From Tricharina praecox (taxonomy: Eukaryota), in assembly GCF_024521635.1 (NCBI RefSeq), contig NW_026250425.1, positions 372,001 to 436,000 of the forward strand: a stretch of 64,000 bases of DNA, given 5' to 3'. How positions within the stretch are numbered: position 1 is the first letter of the stretch; every line of letters starts with the position of its first letter. A program made the position numbers and the translations under genes. Positions 45,091 to 58,013 of the stretch are shown piece after piece. Under the pieces are notes generated by a model. It was not told where the DNA came from and searched no databases. It saw nothing but the letters and a program-made list of their open reading frames with translations.

Positions 45091-46543
45091 TTACTCACCT
45101 ATGTCATCATACGGCGGTTCGTGTTCGTGTTCGTCAGAGGGAGGAGGATGGCACCATCAGGGAATCCATATTCATCAGAGCAGGCAGAGAACGACATTAT
45201 TAATCGACACGGTGCTCACGCCGGTTCGTGCTGTGACTGTCCCCCTGGATGACGATCGATACGAGCTCGTCTGCTTGCTTGCTGAAAGATCAACCACTGG
45301 CCAGGGTGTGGTGCGGTGCGGTGCGGTGCGTTTCCACGTTATGTAGGTATTGTACTTATGTTTGCACATACCTATGGCCATCGCAATGGGGGATGGATTC
45401 GATGGAAGAGTAATCCCCTCCATTATCAAGAGCATTACAAATCCACCCGCTTCCCTTCGACTCACTTCGAGTCACATCACTTCGGCTAACTAACTTGACT
45501 CCACTCGCGAGTCGCGAGAGAGGGAGGGACTCGGGAGAGCCCGACCGACCGAACTGATTGCTTAAAAATTGCTTAATTGATTGCTTGCTTGCGCGGGCAG
45601 GTTGTGCTCGCTGCCTAGTCCCGGATAGGTGAAAGAAGCCGGCAACGCACTACGGTAAGGATGCACACGCACACGCACGGCCAAGTAAGCTTATCTTCCC
45701 GCAGGAAGCCAGCATCAACGGAATGTTAGGCGAGGAGAAGGAATGGATGGATGGATATGGCTTACGGAGCAAAAACACACCCCCCCGGACCTCTCCTCCC
45801 AACTGCTGCAAGGTGCGGCCGGCCGGGTACCTATCACAGTTACTCGGGTTAGTGGCTTCACAGCACACGTACGTACGTAACTGGGCGGTCTACCATATGT
45901 ACATACTGCAAGGACAAGGCAAAAACCAACCCCCCACTGATTACGGCCTTCTGATAGTTACTTTACTCACTCACTCACATACATGCTGCCTGCCAGCCAG
46001 CCTGTCCATCCGTCCGGCGAACATTCGAGGGCCTTTTTCATACCTGCTAACTGGCTTGCGTCAGAAGCGTGCGAGTTCAATTTCCAATCGAGACGATTGA
46101 CCGACGGTGACAGGGAGATGATCCGGGAGCTGCAGCTTCTGCAGCTGCCGGAGCCATGCTGGGGCGGAGATATCGTTGTTTCCGAGTGCACTGCGGGCCT
46201 GCGGCATTAGCCCGTGGATAACTATACGAGGCCATCATGATGTGGGTATCTATCTAGGGCCAAAACCTACTTTCATCGTCTCCCTCCCATGCAGGGGGTG
46301 GGGGGTGGGATGGTTATGTAGCTAGTGCTTGCTTGCTTGCGGGCGTGGGGGAGGGGCGAGCCGGCCGGCCGTGTGTGTATATGTATAGGCGGTCCTCGGG
46401 TTCCTTCCGGTCTTTGCTTTGCTGTGAACTGTCTGCATCATCGATATAGTTACTGCCTTTGGACGCCGCACGCCGCACGCTGCTCAGAGTCGCGACACTC
46501 TATACTCTATTCACCTACCGTCTCGACAGCAGCAGCAGCAGCA

Positions 46544-49500
46544 ATGGCGACCCACGGGACGAGCGTCGGTGCTAAGGCCACTGAGGTCAACACCACGGCG
46601 GCCTCGTCCATCTCTGCCTCCACGTCGTCTACTGAGTGTGCCTTGAAGCCGATAAGCAGTGAGAAGGATGGAGAGCCGGCGGAGAGGGATGGACGCTGGG
46701 GAGAGGCCTTCACCGACCCCGTGAATGTCGGCGAGGCGCTGCACGAATACGAGGAGTACGTTTGATTGATCGATCCCATTCTCGAGTCGGGACGTGTGCT
46801 GATGATGTGCGCAGCCTCCGACGAGAGCTCAGCCGAGTCCCCACGACAGGCCGACGGCCATCCATGAGTGGCCGGCACGGATCGGTCTTCAGCCCCAAGA
46901 AGCCCTCGCCGGACGAAGAAGAGGGCGAGGCCTCCGCCGACACCACGCTGATCGACCTCGAGGAGTATCTCCAGAACCGATCCCGCGAGCGCGGCAAAGA
47001 GGCGGGAATAATACCCAAGAAGATTGGCGTTTCCTTCCGCGACCTGACGATCTCAGGGTACGCCGGCGCGGGCTGGGTGCTGGTCGAGACGTTCCCGCAG
47101 AAGCTGCTCTCGCTGTTTGGGTGGGATATCGTCAAGTATGCGCAGAGGTTGCTGGCTCCGGCGCCACAGGAAAAGCCCATCATTCAGGGCTTCAGTGGTG
47201 TCGTCAAGCCCGGGGAGATGTTGCTGGTTCTGGGGAAACCTGGGTCCGGTGCTTCGACTTTCTTGAGGGCGTTGACGAATCAGCTCAGAGCTTATACTAA
47301 GATCGATGGCGACATTAACTACGCCGGCCTGCCTTTTGAGTTGGCTCTGGGACAGTTTAGAGGAGAAATTCTCTACAATGACGAAGGTGAGTCGCTACGT
47401 GTATTCGACGCGAGTCTTGAACGACTGACTGACATGTTTTTCTGGTAGAGGATACACATCTGCCAACCTTATCGGTGGAGCAGACCCTTCGATTTGCGCT
47501 GAGGGCAAAAACACCACATACGAGGCTTCCAGGAACCTCTCGTAAGGAATTCGTCTCGGAGATGCTGAACCTCTTCGCCACCATGTTCAAGATGAAGCAC
47601 GTCCTCAACACCATGGTAGGCAACCAGTTCATGCGGGGAGTCAGTGGCGGTGAGCGGAAGCGAGTATCGATCATGGAAGCCTTGGCCTCGCGGTCGACCA
47701 TCAATGCCTGGGATAACAGCACGAGAGGACTCGACAGCTCCACTGCCGTCGACTACATCCGCTCTCTGCGGATCCTGACCAGCATCCAACAGTCAACCAC
47801 CATCGTAACCTTGTACCAAGCCGGAGAGCAGATCTACAAGGAGTTCGACAAGGTGTGTCTCATCCACGAAGGCCGTCAGATATTCTTTGGTAAAGCCTCG
47901 GAGGCTCGTCGCTATTTTGAGGATTTGGGATTCGCCGCCACTGCCCGCATCACCACGAGCGATTTCCTCACCACCATCACCGACGCAAAGACTCGGCGTA
48001 TCCGCCCGGGTATGGAGGGCAGAGTACCGCTCACAGCCGAGGCCCTCGAAACAGCATTCAAGAGCAGCAAATTCTGGCCCGAGTTGCAGGCCGAACTGGA
48101 GGCATACGATCGGGAACGGCAGGAGACCTCGGCGGCAGACACGCGAGACTTCAGACAAGCCGTGGTGGCTGAAAAATCGCGGCGTGCGCCCAAGGGATCG
48201 CCCTACACCGTCTCGTTCCCCATGCAGGTATGGTATCTGACCAAGCGGGAGCTTCAGCTGCAACGACAAGATGTCATTGCGCTGCGAAGTAAACTGATCA
48301 ATGTCGTCATCCTCGGCCTGTTGAACGGCAGTCTTTTCTACAACATCAAGCGGACATCGGAAGGTGCATTCTTCATCGGCGGTGTGCTCTTCTTCAATAT
48401 CATCATTGTTTCCTGGATGCAGATCTCGGAGACTATCTTCATGGTCATGGGAAGAAACATCATGGCGAAACAGAAAGCCTTTGCGTTTTACCGACCGGCC
48501 GCTTTGATACTCGCCCGGACGCTCGCCGATCTGCCCTTGTTGGCTGTTCAGACTGTGATCTTCACTCTCATCCTTTACTGGATGGCTAATCTTGTCGCCG
48601 ATGTTGGCAAATTCTTTACCAATCTGTTGTTTGTCTTTGTGAGTTTCTTTTACCTGGCTGCATTCTATCTTTGCTGGGATGATGGCTGACGAAGGAAACA
48701 GACTACCGTGATCTGTGTTACCGCGTTCTATCGCGTGGTTGGTGCGTTCAGTAGGGACATCAACATCTCCATTCGACTTGCATTCATCGGACTCAATGTC
48801 ATCGCCCTGTTCGCGGGTTACATGCAGCCGTATCAGGCCATGAAGTCTTGGGTGTACAAATGGATCTACTGGGCCAAGTAAGTGCTTGCTCCACAACCAA
48901 ATGCTATAAACATCGGAAAGCTGACTGGCATGTGTCGAATAGCCCATTGATGTACAGCATGGAAGCCGTGATGGTAAACCAATTCCATGGGATGGAGCTC
49001 GAATGTTCACCATCCCACATCATCCCGGGAATCCCCGGAATATCTACGGCGAACCAAGCCTGCAATCTGGCCGGAGCGAGACCTGGCTCCCTGACAATCT
49101 CCGGAACGGACTACATCAAGACCTTCGGCTACGACCCATCGCACCTGTGGCGCAACTTCGGCGTCCTTATCGCCTTCACCGTTCTCTACATCATCGTGGC
49201 CATGCTCGGAGTCGAATACATGGATTTCGGTGCTGGCGGAGGGTCTATCAAGATCCTTACGAAGCCACCGCCTGTCGCAGCCGAGGAACCTCCCACTGTC
49301 GAAGAGAAGCAGGAGTCGTCGGCACTGGCAAACGACACCGAGAAATCGATGGATATCACACGCCGAGTCACCACCGTCAAAGCTAAGGGTTCGTTCTTCA
49401 CGTGGAGAAATGTCGATTACTCTGTTGGAGATGTACAGCTCCTGCACGGTGTCAACGGCTACTGCAAGCCTGGCCGTCTGACTGCGCTCATGGGCCCTAG

Positions 49501-51364
49501 CGGCGCGGGAAAGACTACGCTGCTGGATAATCTGGGCATGCGGAAACGTGTTGGTGTCATCTCCGGAGAGCTGAGGATGGATGGAAGGGAACTGGCGCCG
49601 GACTTTGGGAGGAGTACAGCATTTGTGGAGCAGCAGGATGTTCATGATGGTATGTACATGGCTGTCAGATGTTTTCGGTCTGATCCGAGCTAACGTTTAT
49701 TCACAGAGATGTCGACCGTAAGAGAAGCAATGAGGTTCAGTGCCCTCCTACGGCAACCGGCGAGCGTTTCGAAAGAAGACAAGTACAAATTCGTGGAAGA
49801 GATCATCAAGCTCCTCGAGCTCGAATCACTCGCCGATGCGATCATTGGGTCGCCGGGGTTCGGACTCTCGGTCGAGGAAAGGAAGCGGGTCACTATTGGA
49901 GTAGAACTAGCATCTGCGCCTTCCGAGCTGTTATTCCTGGATGAGCCAACATCTGGGCTGGATGCCAACGGTGCACTCTCCATCGTCCGGTTCCTCAGGA
50001 AACTGGCAGATGAGTCCGGTATCGCAATCTTGGTGACGATCCACCAGCCGAGTGCTGTATTGTTCCAGGAGTTCGACGACTTGCTGCTTCTGGCGCGCGG
50101 CGGAAAGGAGGTCTATTTCGGACCGATCGGAGACGCTGGCCAGACCGTAATCGACTATTTTGAACGCAACGGAGCAGCCGCCGCACCCGCAGACGCGAAC
50201 CCCGCGGAATACATACTGGATACAATCAGGGTTCCAGCCGGGCCTCAGGGCTGGACGGAGACCTGGGATTCCTCGCCGCAGAACAGCGCGCTGTTGGAGG
50301 AGATCAAGACCATCATCACCACCAGAAAGAACATTCCCCTATCTCGCGAGCTGAGAACCCAGGAGTACGCCATGCCGCTGTCGACCCAGATAGTGGCCTT
50401 GACGGAACGAGTCTGGCTGCACTACTGGCGCGACGCATCCTACGGCTACTCCAAGTGTTTCTCGGGCCTCTCGATGGCCCTCGTGGCCGGTGTGCTCTTC
50501 CTGCAGTCCGGCAATAGCGTCATCGAGATGCAATCGCGCACCTTCGCGGTGTTCCTCGTGCTGATCCTGTCGCCCATGATCCTGACGGCGGTGCAGCCCA
50601 AGTTCCTGCAGCTCCGCACGCTCTACGAGACGCGCGAGCGAAACAGCAAGATCTACTCCGCGCCCGCCTGGATCACGGCGATGGCACTAGTCGAGATCCC
50701 CTACGCCATCCTGAGCTCCGTGTTCTTCTTCCTGCCGTGGTACTACATGATCGGCCTGCCCAACAACGCGTCGATCGCGGGGTACGTATTCCTCTTCATC
50801 ATGCTATTCAACATCTGGATTCCACACATCGCCATGTGGATCGCGGCGGTCTGTCCGGACCTGACCATCGTCAACGTCGTGAACCCGTTCATCTTCATCG
50901 TCAACAACGGCTTCACGGGGATCCTGGTCACATACTACGCCCTGCCAACATTCTACCGTTCCTGGCTCTACTGGGCAAACCCCCTCACCTGGCTGACCCG
51001 CGGCCTGCTCGCAAGCATCATGCACGAGCTGCCGGTGCGCTGCTCCGCCGCGGAGCTCGTGCGCTTCACGCTCCCCGCTAACACCACGTGCGGCGCGTTC
51101 GCGGGCGAATGGCTACAACAGGCCTCGGGATATATCGTCGATATCGACGCGGCTGATGAGTGCCAATACTGCATCTTTGAAAACGGTGATGAGTACTTGA
51201 AAACTATCAACGTCCAGTTCGAAAACAGATGGAGGGACCTCGGAGTCTTTTGTGTGTTTTTGGTCACGAATTTGGTACTCGTGTACACGCTGTACTGGGC
51301 GTTTAGGGAGTATAGGTGGAGCAGGCTCTGGGCGAGGGTTAGGGGGCGGGAGGTGAAGAATTGA
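46544..51364 (+). CDS. Full-size PDR-type ABCG transporter; introns 46756..46814, 47387..47448, 48639..48701, 48878..48942, 49650..49706
   Basis: NBD1 GKPGSGAST / VSGGERKRVSI / WDNSTRGLDSSTA. NBD2 GPSGAGKTT / LSVEERKRVTIGVEL / FLDEPTSGLD. Two TM domains with LWRNFG and RWRDLG motifs. Confidence 0.96.
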
Positions 51365-53477
51365 GGTGGGGGAGGGATGAGGGAGCTAGGGAGGGTGGGA
51401 CGTGGGGACGGGGAGCGGGGGATGGGGTTTTGGATCGGATTTTTGTAGTTACATATGCATACGTAGACTTCCTGGGGTTCTTTAGATATGGGATATGGGA
51501 TAGATAATGGGGGTGTTCAATGGTTAATGAAGGTGAATAGATGGGGTTTGGAACAATAAAGGCTGAGTGCGAATGCCTATCCGAGCAACGAGAACAATAC
51601 GAGTGTTCGAGCTGGTCCACAGCAGAGGCAGTCATATTGTCCCTCCAAATGTTTGTAAACACATGTTCTTCCGCGCCCATTGTCACCCGCGACTGTGAGT
51701 CCTGCCGAGTGCAGCCTTATGATCCCACCCTCGCAGCGCCGGACGAAAACAGGCTCGGGAGTCGGCTCGGGTACTACCTACTACTACCTATTACCGTATA
51801 CCCAGGTAGTACACACCGACGCGGCCGTGCACGCTCTCATGTGCACTGCACTACATATATTACGGTAGGTAGTACGGCAGGTATTACATACGCCGAGGGA
51901 TCTGCTCGGTAGTAACTGGGTAGTAACTGGGTAGGTGGTCGAGATAAGGATAAGGTTATCGATGGGAACCCGACGCCACTATGTAACTGCCGCCGGTCGG
52001 TAGTACTTTGCCCCCTGTGGGGCTGCTGGAGTGGGGCTGCTGGAGCTGCTGGAGTGGAAGCGTTCGCATGTGATGGTGGTGACGATGGTGGCCGGTGTGC
52101 GGACGGTGTCTGGCCGGTAATCGAAGCTGTGGGTGTTCCATGTGGGACCGTGGGTGTCGACTCTCGAGGCCCGAGGGTGGACTCTGGAGTTGAAAGTCCT
52201 ATCTATACCGGTAGTATCTGTATCCCACGAGTCACGAGAACGTCAGGAATACCGGTATGACCGCCCAGCGGCGGCGGGCTGGATCTCTCCCTCCCCCCTC
52301 CCCTACCCAAGGTACCTATACCTCGGGTGTACGGTGGTCCCTTCACCAGGTCTCACGAGTCACCAGATTGCCGAAAGTATGCATACTACATACGGTACCC
52401 AGAGATCTTGGGGCGAGGGTCCTTCTCCTCACCCTGAAAACATATCATGACTCACATGTGCGAGCTCGAAATTTTAGTCCTTCACTACATGGTATCTACA
52501 CCAAGCCCTAGCTCCCGGCCAGCTCCTGACCAGTTCCCGGGCAGTTCCCGCGCCAGGTCCCGCGCCAGGTCCCGCACGTTAGGTTCCGAACGCCAACTCC
52601 CGAATGCTAGTCCACATGTCAACTTTCAAGACTCAAGCTCCAGGGATACTATTTGTAGATAGTCTGGCCGTAACGGTTTTGCCGTGTGTACTCTACTCTA
52701 CAAATGCTGCGAACGTCGACGACTCGACGTCCTACATGCTTCGGTAAGTACATACTTTAAGTATGTGTCGATAACGTTAAACCGCCCTAGTCCAGTACTG
52801 ACTGGCACTGGCAAAGGTATTTCGGGGAGCAGCAAGCGCACACCCGACGGCTACGGAGCCGGAGCAGCTGCGAATACGACTGCGACTGCGACTGGGACTG
52901 CCGTATCAGTTGCTAGTAATTACTACTACGGGTAACGTCAGGGTCGTCGACACTCGAGCCTCGAAAGAACCCGAAAGGCGCAGGGAAGATACCTGTCCGG
53001 TGTCCACGCGAAAACTGAAATATGTAGAGCAGGTACCTGACTGCTCCGAGCCTCTGACTGGTCACTATGTAGATCCTGAGGATCCCGTGACCCGGTGATG
53101 GTGATCAACCTAGCCACCCGACAGTCCCGACAGTCCCGACCACTCGGACCCCTCGGACCCCTCGATGAGTCACACACACACCCACCCAGTTGCCTACATA
53201 CACGCGCACGCGCCACGCCGCCACACGGCCAAAAATCGGAACGGCCCCTCTCGTAACTCGTAACTCGTTACATCATTTCCCTTTCCCTCCCCCCTAAAAA
53301 AAACGCTCGTAAAAAAAAAAGTAAAAAAACAGAATCGGAGTAATCATTTCCCCGGGTGACGGGTCGAGGCGCGCCTAAATCCAAACGTTCCGAGTCCGGG
53401 TCCGTCCTGCCAGCCAACCAACCACCACCGCGACGGCAAGGCGAGGCTGATGGGGGCTGATGGGGCTTGGGGGCGCC

Positions 53478-53490
53478 CGGTTCGTCCCGG
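53478..53490 (+). promoter_or_regulatory. CGG-N7-CGG motif (alternative-oxidase-induction-motif-like) upstream of aox
   Basis: CGG ttcgtcc CGG, about 490 bp upstream of the ATG; TATAAAA near 53839. Confidence 0.4.
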
Positions 53491-53977
53491 TGCCTGATGC
53501 TGGCCGCTGGCCGCTGACTGGCCAAACAGGGAGCTGGCATCCGGCGGATTAGAAAAGCTTCACATCATAGCTAGAGTATTCTACCTACCGTAGAGTGGGC
53601 CCCTACCTATTCCTATACCTCCCGATTACTATGCCAGAGTCGGACACGGCGGGACGGAGCTCTGTCGTCCTGTCCGTCCTGGATGGCTGTGTGTTTTACC
53701 TACGTACTCAGGACTGGCAGTTCTGGGACTGAGGCTTCATTCGGCCGGTTGGAAATTTTTGGGGCTTGTCTGGTTTTGTTTTGTCTTGTCTTGTCTGGTC
53801 TTGTCTGGTCTTGTCTTGCGAGTCAAAAATCATTTTGTATAAAAGATGACCACTGGTCCGCCCTAGCTGTGTACTACATATTGTTCGGACCTCAGGTTGA
53901 ATCATCACCATCAACAGTATAAACACACAACAACAAGCACTTGACACAACACCACTCGATATCCTCCACAACCCACG

Positions 53978-55196
53978 ATGCTAGTATCCCCCAGGACGAC
54001 CAGAGCCGTTTGCTCACGGCTCGCCACGACCCATTTCCGGCCGGCGTGCTCGGTGCTGCTGCGGCATCCACCGGCCTACGGCCACACTTCGACCTTCACC
54101 ACCACGGCGGTGACCCACCTCCCGCGCTCCCAAGCCCAGCCCGAGCTCAAGCTCAAGCTCGAGTCCGAGTACACGATCACCGAGCCGACGTGGCCGCACC
54201 CAGTGTACACGTTCGAAGAGATGGAGCAGATCGTGAGTCGCTACCCATTCCCGCTCCGCTTCTCCCGGTTGGTTGGCTGCTAACACATGTGTGTGTAGAA
54301 AATCGCCCACCGCAAGTGCTCAAGCTGGTCCGACTACGTTGCGCTGACGGCCGTGCACGTAGCCCGGTGGGGCTTCGACCTAGCGACGGGGTACAAGCAC
54401 GACGCGGCGGTAGCACTCGGGAAGAAGGACCCCGCTGCAGCGGTGCAGAAGTACGCCATGAACGAGTCCAAGTGGCTGACGCGGGTGATCTTCCTCGAGT
54501 CCATCGCGGGCGTCCCCGGTATGGTCGGCGGAATGGTGCGACATCTCCACTCGTTGAGGCTCCTCAAGAGAGATAATGGCTGGATCGCGACGCTGCTCGA
54601 GGAGAGCCAGAATGAGCGCATGCATTTGCTCACGTTCCTCAAGTTCCGCGAGCCGGGGATCTTCATGCGCACCATGCTGCTGGGCGCTCAGGGGTGAGTC
54701 ACCTACCTCCTACCTCCTGTCTGCTGTCATGTGATCGATAGACTAACACCCCCCCGCCAGAGTCTTCTTCAACTTCTTCTTCCTCGCATACCTGATCTCG
54801 CCGCGCACGTGCCACCGCTTCGTCGGCTACCTCGAGGAGGAAGCGGTGATCACCTACACGCGGATCATCGCGGACCTCGACGCCGGCAAGCTCCCGAGCT
54901 GGGAGGGCATGGAGGCGCCGCAGATCGCGAAGGACTACTTCAAGCTCCCGCCGGGCAACGATAGCGTCAAGGATCTGCTCCTGGTAGTCCGCGCCGACGA
55001 GGCAAAGCACCGCGAGGTAAACCACACCCTGGCCAACCTGGAGCAGAAGATGGATCCGAACCCGTACGCTGCCGTGTGGCCAGCCGGAGTCCCAACGCCC
55101 AGCAAGGGATACCAGTGGATCAAGGGCACTGGCTGGGAGCGTGAGGAGCTGGCGAAGTTGGCGGCGGAGAAGCCGGCCGCAGTCGTCAAAGTTTAA
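53978..55196 (+). CDS. aox1: Mitochondrial alternative oxidase; introns about 54234..54298 and 54694..54760
   Basis: [51 protein letters not shown] and [12 protein letters not shown]; di-iron ligands intact. Confidence 0.96.
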
Positions 55197-55573
55197 TTCT
55201 CCTTTTCCTTTTCGTTTTGGGTATGATAGAAGCGGCGGCGTTTTGGTTGGGAATTTCTTTGTCTTTTTCCTTGTCTGCGAAGACGGCGATAAATACCTAG
55301 TGGGCGTCAATATTGTCTTGTCTTTCTCTGGTTTCCTAACATCTCTCCTATATCCATTTTGTTGTTTGTCTTTGTCTTTGTCTGCGCGATTCCTAGGATA
55401 GAATCATAGAAAGGGCTTTGAGCCTGAAGAATTTCATTTTTTCTCTTCCGTATTCTGCGCCTAATCCCCGCGGTAATCATCGTATAAAACCCCATCTGGG
55501 GCAAAGTATCCCGTCTCGCCATCGCTTAGTACCCCCGCAACAGCCCACCTCTTACCCTCACCCACCCTTACCC

Positions 55574-55961
55574 TCACACATCGCTCGGCACCGGCGGCTC
55601 CTCATAACTCTTGACCTTCCTAAACCCCTCCTCGCCGTTCTTGACTGCGACCTCTTTTCTGTCAAGCCTGACGACGTGGGCGCCCGGCGGTCCCTTATCG
55701 ACGGCCTTCAGGAACGCCTCGACGTCGCTCTCGGCGCCCTGGACTTCGCCCTGCACCGCCGTGCCCGACGGAAGGTTGTGCACCCACCCCGTCAGCGAGA
55801 GGTCTGTCGCTGTCTGCACCGTGTGCGCCCGGAAGAATACGCCTTGTACGCGCCCGCCGTGGGCAGTGAAGAAGATCTGGGCAGTATTAGTAGAGTGAAT
55901 GGGGGGGGTGGGGTTGAAGAGGGGGGGGGTGGGGAGTGGTACATACGCGTTTAATTGACAT
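55574..55961 (-). CDS. Acylphosphatase; intron 55877..55946
   Basis: MSIKR-IFFTAHGGRVQGVFFR..LTGWVHN..VQGEVQG..KGPPGAHV; catalytic Arg and Asn are present. Confidence 0.9.
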
Positions 55962-56363
55962 CGTGGGTTGCGGGTGTGACGAAGTGAAGTAGGTTGGTGG
56001 TGGTGGGAGACGTGAGCTCGAGGCGGGGTGGGAGCTGGGATGGGAGCTGGCAGGGGAGGGGGGGTCGCGGCTTGGCGCTTCATTGGCGCGCACTCGGTGA
56101 TGATCCAAGCAACAAACTTGGTCCTGTGGACGGCAGGATGTCATCTTGGATATCACTCGCGCGGCGGCGGCGGTGGCATCTTCGTCTACCGGGGCAGCAC
56201 TGTACGGTGCTCTACATACGGGTTTGATTGACGTGCAATTGAACTCGATCGCAACTCAAACCCACAATACGCTAGAGGAGTGACTGTCGATGCCGATGCC
56301 GATGCAGGCACACTAGAGTGGAAAAGTTGCGCCGAAAGTTGCACCGCTCGAACCTACTACCTA

Positions 56364-56962
56364 CATGGCCGGCACTTGTAAATTTGTTGCACCGAACCAA
56401 GTTGGCCCAATCTAGACCGATGCAGAAAGATTAGCAACGAGTGATATCAAAAGCATTCGGCGAGTGGACTCTTCCGCAGAGCAACTGTGTAAGTTAATAA
56501 AAACAGGCTCTCTACCGGTGTGTATCTAACGGCGTACATTCACGCTTCCATCCTCCCGAAGCTTTTCTAAACATTTGGTGGTGTAGGTAGTAGTAGAGTC
56601 CGCCACCGGTATAGAAGTATCCGCTGGTGGCCCGCCTGCAACCTGAGTGCCTGTTTGTGACTCGAGTCCCGGCCCCATAAGCTCTGTATCAGCGCTGTTG
56701 CTCCTTTCTCTAGTGTTGGAACCGAAGATGTTGGAAGCACAGTGGGTCAGAGGCGGCGACGGTGACTGCTATGGTACCTAGCAACTGTGACTGGTGGCAA
56801 CTGTGACTGGTGGCAACCGTAACTGGTAGCAACCGTGACAGCTACCAGCACAGCTGCAACCAGACTGATTGAGACAGTGAGCAGTGTGGTTGTGTAGGCG
56901 CACTGCCGCCTCCTAACCGGCATACTTTGCAGCGTAACAAATTTACACACGCCCCGGACATG
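56364..56962. mobile_element. Possible old MITE with degenerate TIRs
   Basis: Perfect 12-bp inverted repeat TGTAAATTTGTT (56377..56388 / 56936..56947) extending outward to CATG(G/T)CCGG. Left flank TA, right flank TG. Contains a 16-bp tandem repeat at about 56781-56840. Confidence 0.4.
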
Positions 56963-58013
56963 TGGGGGGTAGGCTATTTCCAGTGGTCGTGTTCGGCAGA
57001 GACGGGCGGGGACAGGCCGTGATTTTTATCGGTATTCGCCGACCCGAAGAATATCGGGCCGTAGCACTGGGACGTAGCAGTGGCGATGAAGATGCCAGTT
57101 CAGTTCGGGGTAAATACCGAGTTCATTCGCCGCACAGGGCCACAGTCTGGAGCGGTGCGCCTCGGGGGGTTTTTTGTTTTGTTTCCGTTTTGTCAGTCGC
57201 AACATTCATTGCGTGGAAAGCCCTTCCGAGCCGCCTTCATCGTGGCGCGAAAACGAGTGATATTTCCTACTACCTACGTGGTATCGAGGTCCGTGAAATG
57301 CTTTTTCTTTCCTTCTTTCCGTGAGCGTGTGAATATGGTGAGCGCATCTGCACACTCAGGAATTCCGATCTATCATCTATGTTTTCTCCCAGAGGATCTG
57401 CATAGTGGGTGGTTGTCCATTTCCTCTCCCACCCCCAACTCGTTACGATACTAGATACACTACGTAAATATACCCCGCGCTGACAATTGGTGGTCTCTGT
57501 GTACGGTATTCCACCGTAACGCACTCTACACGATGGCCAACCATAAACTCGTGGCTGAGCCCACAGCCCACAGCCTACAGATGTGCTTCTAGCATCCGAC
57601 CAATTGGCTAGTTAGGCGCCGCAGATCGCATTGCGCAGGTCGTAGCCTGCAAACGCCAACCCGAGAGGTGGGACATCGAGCTACTGCTGTAATATGTTCG
57701 ATCCTATTCTTCTACATATATACTCGTATTATATTTTACATACGAGATGCACATGCGGGCGGGCTGTAGGAGGGTACACTCGGAAAACAACTCGCACACA
57801 GATTCTGTACATATCTGACGTGGCGTGGCGGCGGGTCATCACCATGTCTCAAGTGCGCATTGTTGGGGAGCTGGAGTTATTAAGTAGGTGGAGTAATAGA
57901 TAACCCGCATTCGCATATCCTGTCCGTCTCCTACATACATACGGATGATAGAGTCCTCATCCAGCACTTTCTCTCGGGCAGCTCCTAAACGACAGCAGAA
58001 ATAACCGGTAAAG

